In this document: piece after piece, positions 59,365 to 64,000 of the stretch | How the letters are laid out: each line of letters starts with the position of its first letter | How positions within the stretch are numbered: the stretch's first letter is position 1 | Source: an uncultured Bacteroidales bacterium | GTDB lineage: Bacteria; Bacteroidota; Bacteroidia; Bacteroidales; VadinHA17 | Direction: 5' to 3' | Assembly: GCA_963828775.1 (NCBI GenBank) | Contig: CAWHGX010000001.1 | Location: 47,415 to 111,414 of the forward strand | Length of the DNA stretch: 64,000 bases | Translations under genes and position numbers: made by a program | Notes under the pieces: generated by a model | Database searches by the model: none | The model's input: only the letters and a program-made list of their open reading frames with translations | Told to the model about the DNA's origin: nothing

Positions 59365-59471
59365 TATCAATAATGATATCAAAATGATATCAAAATGATA
59401 TCAAAATTATATCAAAGTGATATCAAAATTATATCAACATAATGTCAAAATAATATCAAATCAATATCATT
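59361..59471. repeat. ten tandem 11-bp units (consensus ATGATATCAAA) filling the whole intergenic gap
   Basis: The C of ATC recurs at 59368, 380, 391, 402, 413, 424, 435, 446, 457 and 468. Five units contain GATATC. The array starts in the TGA stop (59362-59364) and ends at the ATG at 59472. Confidence 0.95.
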
Positions 59472-61192
59472 ATGAAAAGAGTTAACAATTTTATATTCTC
59501 CCTGCTTCTTTTCACGCTCTCCCTGCCTCTTTTATCCCAGAATGCCGAATTGTTTTTCAAGGCGGCCGGATCTCCTGCTGATCCAAAGGTTCAGGCTTCC
59601 TGGAATAAATATTACACTTATGAAGGGATAACTGAATTGTGTAAAAAGCTGGCAAAGGAGTATCCCGACCTTGTTACAATGGAATCTATGGGGAAATCGT
59701 ACCAGGGACGTGAGATATATGTTCTGACGATTACAGACAAAAAGGCAAAGAATCCTGATTTTAAACCGGGTTTCTGGATTGACGGGAATATTCATTCAAC
59801 AGGAGATCCAGGGAACGGAAATGGCACTTTATACTGCATGGTATCTGTGCGAAATGTATGATGAGAATACTTTCATAAAAAATCTTCTTACCGACAAAAC
59901 TTTTTATATAGCCCCGACTATTAATCCTGATGGACGGGAACATTTTATTTCAGTCGGTGGATATCCCCAGATCAGGTCTGGTTCCACGTGATAATGACCG
60001 TGACGGACTTTCTGACGAAGATGGGAACGATGATATGAATGGCGACAATAATATAAGCCAGGTAAGAAGAAAAAATCCTTATGGTCAATATATCACTGAT
60101 CCTAAAGATCCGCGCAGGATGATCCGTATCGAACCCGGGGAAAAAGGAGAATATGAAATGCTCGGGATGGAAGGAGTTGATAATGACGGTGATGGCCTGG
60201 TAAACGAAGACGGGCCGGGTGGATATGACGGGAACCGTGACTGGGGATTTAACTGGGAACCAAATTATGTTCAGAGTGGCGCTGATAAATATCCTTTTAC
60301 TATGCCCGAAAATCAGGCTGTCCTCGATTTTATACTGAAACACAGGAATATTACCGGTTCTCAGTCATTTCACAACTCAGGCGGACTGATTTTAAAGGGA
60401 CCATCAATACAGGGTGGAGGAGCCGAAGTTTACACCAGGACTGATGATGCAGTCATTAATGCGATCGGTAAGAAAGGAGAAGAGATAATTCCGGGCTATA
60501 AATTTATTACAATCTGGAAAGATATGTATACCGTATATGGCGGAGAACTCGACTGGTGGTATGGTGCAATGGGATGTTTTGCCTATTCCAACGAGTTATG
60601 GAATAGTTATTTAATGTTTTATGATACTACCAATACCGATCAGTATGAATTTGACAGGCTTCTTCTCTTTGAGGATTCCTTTATTCCCTGGCAAAAGGCT
60701 GATCATCCGGTTTATGGCGAGGTGGAGATTGGAGGATTCAGCAGGAACTTCGGAAGACTGCATCCGGGATTTCTGCTGGAATCTGATTCACACCGTAACG
60801 CTGCTTTTTGCATTTATAACGCATGGGTTACTCCAAAGCTCGAAGTAAAGGATGTCAGAGTAAAGACCATTGGCGGAGGACTAAAAGAAGTAACTGCCAC
60901 TGTTGAAAACAAACAGATGCTCCCAACCCATTCGGGTAATAACTTAAAATACAGAATTGATCCTCCTGATTATATCTATCTCGATGGAGGTAAAGTGATT
61001 GCAGGGATGGTCGTTCTTGATAAAGACATGGGAGTAAACCGGGAACAAAAGAAAAATCCCCGGAGAATGGAGGTCTCAAATATTGAAGGATATCAGCATG
61101 TCGATCTGAAGTGGATTGTAAGAGACGGAAGCAAATTCACAGTGAGGGTGGAGAGTGTCAAAGGAGGCCGCGCATCTGCAGAATCGGAATAA
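59472..61192 (+). pseudogene. M14 family zinc carboxypeptidase, two frameshifts
   Basis: ORFs 59472-59861, 59779-59991 and 59930-61192. Joining the first two gives FWIDGNIHSxEIQGTEMALYTAWYL (HxxE motif). Later motifs: INPDGRE, NRDWGFNW, SFHNSGG. Confidence 0.7.
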
Positions 61193-61195
61193 AAA

Positions 61196-61225
61196 AAGAG
61201 GCTGGTATCCCCCTTCCAGCCTCTT
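61196..61225. terminator. bidirectional intrinsic terminator between convergent genes
   Basis: AAGAGGCTGG-TATCCCCCTT-CCAGCCTCTT is preceded by an A-run, which gives a T-run on the minus strand after 61247-61951. Confidence 0.65.
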
Positions 61226-61246
61226 GTGTAAAAGGAATGAAAAAAA

Positions 61247-61951
61247 CTAGTAAGTCTGAAGAGAAATCTTGAAAATTCCTGTTGCTTTATTAGCATCAAC
61301 CTTAAACTTCCACTTCCCTATTTTATCTTTGTTTTCATCTTCAGATACCGCAAATGATTTTCTCCAGTTGAGATTGCCGGATTCATCAATAACAATGTCG
61401 GAATAGGTTTTACCGCTGGGCATAATTATTTTTATCCTGATCTCCCCGGCCTTGCAATCGCCGTTAACCGTCATCACTGCAGTTTTGGCGGTTGGTTCAA
61501 CATCGAATGTATATTCATTCGAAAATGAATTCTCTTTTATGGATTTTGTGAAATCCCATATAGTTCTTTCATTATCACCGCTATGCGAAAACCAGTCCAA
61601 TCTTTCTAATCCCGGCGTAAAAAGAAATGGTTCTCCATTGAAATACGACCTGTCGCCGGTACCTCTGAAGACCCGTACCATATCCCTGTATTTGTCTGAT
61701 TCCTGAATCTGTTCCTGGTACTCTTTCATTGCTTCATCGACTGACTTTTTACTTTCCTGCATAGCTTTTTCGACCTCCTCCTGAGCTTTTTTCTGCTCGG
61801 TTATGGCTTTCAGCTGTGCATCTATCTCTTCCTGCATCTGTAATTCCTTCTCTTTCTCCTTCCTGGTCTTCTCCTGAGCGCCTGCGGGCTGGGATAAAGC
61901 ACCGACTGAAATGAGAAGTACTGCTACTAATATAAACCTGATCTTTTTCAT
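61247..61951 (-). CDS. hypothetical secreted protein with N-terminal coiled coil
   Basis: Signal peptide MKKIRFILVAVLLISVGALSQPAGA, a Glu/Lys/Gln-rich helix, then a beta-rich C-terminal domain. No family recognised. Confidence 0.55.
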   Translation of the reverse strand: MKKIRFILVAVLLISVGALSQPAGAQEKTRKEKEKELQMQEEIDAQLKAITEQKKAQEEVEKAMQESKKSVDEAMKEYQEQIQESDKYRDMVRVFRGTGDRSYFNGEPFLFTPGLERLDWFSHSGDNERTIWDFTKSIKENSFSNEYTFDVEPTAKTAVMTVNGDCKAGEIRIKIIMPSGKTYSDIVIDESGNLNWRKSFAVSEDENKDKIGKWKFKVDANKATGIFKISLQTY

Positions 61952-62073
61952 GACTACCCTGTTTTATAAATTCTTATGTCAAAGATAATGCCCGGTTTTC
62001 TGTTTTATTGTTAATGCAGGGTTAATGCTGGGTTAATGTTTGACGGCTAAATCTGACATATTGATAATTTAAA

Positions 62074-62081
62074 TACTTTTG
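62074..62081 (+). promoter_or_regulatory. TAnnTTTG -7-type promoter box (TACTTTTG)
   Basis: Lies 20 nt upstream of the ATG at 62101. Confidence 0.35.
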
Positions 62082-62100
62082 AAATGACAAAGTTGAAATT

Positions 62101-63523
62101 ATGAAAAAAAGAAATACTATCCTTCTCCTTGGAATATTATCGATAATAATCCTCATAACCGCTCAGGTTATTATAATAAGAGGTGTCTGGAAGCAGAAAG
62201 ATGAAATGTTTAATCTCAGGTACAGGTTATTTTCACAGGATGCTCTTGTAAGGATGGACCGGCAATTGTCGACCGATGGCTTTGATACTGCACGTTTATT
62301 GATCAGCATAAAGTCTGAACAGGCTATTAAAGAGATTGCCGAAATAAAGGATGACTCGATTCTGGCAAAAAAAAAGAAAGAAGTCTTTGAATATGTAACT
62401 TACGTACTAAATACTCAGCAGGATCTCTCACAGTATCTTTCAAGAGATTTTGAAAGACGTGGTATTGATAAAAACTTCAACAGTAAAATTATAATCAACC
62501 GTTTTGAACTTATTAATAATGACCAGAGAATCCCGGTTTATATAAGCGAGGAGTTTGCCAACCGTCGTCCGCCGCAGCGAAATGACACTCTGCGTCGATC
62601 CAGACCTCCTCAGTCAACGATGACACAGCTCAGGCGCAATTCAGAAATCCTTGTCAAGGGGGACAGGTCGGAAGATAACTTTCTACAGGATGGATTTTGA
62701 TTACATTATCGATTTCTCGGATAAGCAGAAAGTTATACTGAGAGAGACCGCCGCCTCCCTGGCGTTGAGTATTTTCAGCATTCTGCTGGTCGTCACTCTT
62801 TTCCTGATCACTTACAAAAACCTGATGGAGGAGAAACGATTATCAAACCTGAAGACTGACTTCATCAACAATATGACCCATGAACTCAAGACTCCGTTAT
62901 CAACGATCACTGTTGCAGGTAAAACCCTTGAGCTCCCTCTTATAAGGACCAATGAATCAAAGATACTTGAAACAGCAAAACTTATCGGGAAACAGAGTGT
63001 CCACCTGAACCAGCTGATAAATATGATACTCGAAATAAGCATGTGGGAAAGGACTCAATTTCAACTTGATAAGAAAAAAGTAAAGATTGAGGAGGTAATG
63101 AATGATATTGTCGAAAGCTTTAAATCAGGATGCGGAAATTGTGCTTCACTGACCCAGAAATACGACTTTAAAGGTGTAAGTGTGGATCTTGATACGATTT
63201 ACTTCACGACCCTGATAAACAATCTTCTCTCAAATGCCGTAAAGTATTCCGATAAAGATCCGGTCATTGATATTGAAGGTTTTACAGTAGATAAAAATGT
63301 CTGCATAAAAGTGGCCGACAACGGGATTGGCATAAGCAAAAATGACCAGAAGCATGTTTTTGATAAATTTTACCGGGCTTCTACAGGTAATATACATAAG
63401 TACAAAGGTCTCGGGCTTGGTCTGTATTATGTGAAAAAAATCGCTGAAGCTCACGGAGGTGATGTTACAGTTAGCAGTAAACCGGGAAAAGGTAGTATAT
63501 TTACAGTAACATTACCCTATTAA
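62101..63523 (+). pseudogene. two-component sensor histidine kinase, one frameshift near 62670
   Basis: ORF 62101-62700 is the N-terminal TM plus sensor region. ORF 62651-63523 has the second TM, the H-box FINNMTHELKTPLSTI, the N-box LLSNAVKYS, G1 DNGIGI and G2 GLGLGL. Confidence 0.8.
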
Positions 63524-63539
63524 TATAATTTTTCAGGTT

Positions 63540-64000
63540 ATGAAAGTTTTGTTGGCAGAAGATGACAGGGATTTCGGGAATATCTTATCACAGTATATTT
63601 CTATAAGCGGATTCGAAGTAACATTGGCCCGTGACGGAAAAGAAGCCTGGGATCTTTTCAGTCAGGCTAAGCCCGATCTATGCGTTCTCGATGTAATGAT
63701 GCCTGAAATGGACGGATTCACCCTTGGCGAAAAGATCAAACAGGCACGTCCTGATATCCCGATTATTTTCCTTACTGCAAAAAGCCTTAAAGAAGATATC
63801 GTCAGAGGATTAAAGATCGGAGCTGATGATTACATTACCAAACCTTTCGATCCTGAAGTACTTATACTTAGAATAAACAATATTCTCAAAAGAGCTTATT
63901 CCTCCGCCAACGACGAGTTCAGAATTTCAAACACTGTTCTGAAGTTCAATACTCTTGAGCTTATATGCGGTAATACCAAGGAGAAGCTTACCCTGAAGGA
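63540..64000 (+). CDS. OmpR-family response regulator (3' end beyond the window)
   Basis: My own translation from ATG 63540 (no stop within the window, so it is absent from the ORF track): MKVLLAEDDRDFGNIL..., phospho-acceptor region DLCVLDVMMPEMDG, LTAK, KPFDPEVL, then the start of a winged-helix domain. Confidence 0.85.
   Translation, partial: MKVLLAEDDRDFGNILSQYISISGFEVTLARDGKEAWDLFSQAKPDLCVLDVMMPEMDGFTLGEKIKQARPDIPIIFLTAKSLKEDIVRGLKIGADDYITKPFDPEVLILRINNILKRAYSSANDEFRISNTVLKFNTLELICGNTKEKLTLK

Noticed and set aside
59361-59471. CRISPR array hypothesis for the 11-bp tandem units (also considered for the 44-bp repeats at 19910-20056)
   Set aside because: The 11-bp units are contiguous with no spacers. 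The 44-bp repeats occur only twice with a 59-bp gap. No cas genes are present in the window.

Overview
This 64-kb window looks like a chromosomal segment of a Bacteroidota genome. Supporting signs are a GWxTD protein, TPR/PD40/OmpA/SPOR envelope proteins, two ECF sigma/anti-sigma modules, and a recurrent TAnnTTTG -7-type promoter box 15-50 nt upstream of starts. It is AT-rich by eye (roughly 40% G+C, not computed).

Gene content is mostly housekeeping and cell envelope. It includes recR, E2 and E3 (lpdA) of a 2-oxo acid dehydrogenase, rlmN, rlmD, rlmB, miaA, smpB, clpS, recA, uvrA, bcp, an ABC-F ATPase and a ZnuABC-like transporter. There are also peptidases (M3/Dcp, M64, S9, two M14), an L,D-transpeptidase cluster, nupC, two tRNA-Ser genes and a histidine kinase/response regulator pair.

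I found no integrase, transposase, CRISPR array, reverse transcriptase, restriction-modification or toxin-antitoxin gene. I therefore cannot point to a convincing protein-encoded defence or mobile system.

The unusual signals are mostly non-coding or architectural:
1. About 20 conserved genes are broken by single-base frameshifts, unevenly distributed. This is either assembly indels or real gene decay.
2. Both tRNA-Ser loci share an elaborate layout. It runs: identical TATTTTTG box, 5'-half tRNA pseudo-copies carrying embedded hairpins, the tRNA, a covarying 18-bp inverted repeat wrapped around the terminator, and a conserved ~36-nt motif. At one locus that motif ends in an exact 17-nt copy of the tRNA 3' end.
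3. A family of paired 7-8-nt tandem-repeat arrays occurs at three loci, plus one degenerate GG-phased heptad tract.
4. Ten tandem 11-bp units fill the entire gap between two M14 peptidase paralogs.
5. One membrane protein has a chimeric DUF4145/HEPN-like - TM - PEGA - FGE(SUMF1) - alpha/beta-hydrolase architecture.
6. A 62-bp direct repeat brackets a 1.8-kb AT-rich segment.

All family names come from motif recognition by eye; no database search was run. Genes typed pseudogene are frame-disrupted in this sequence as given and may be intact in the organism.
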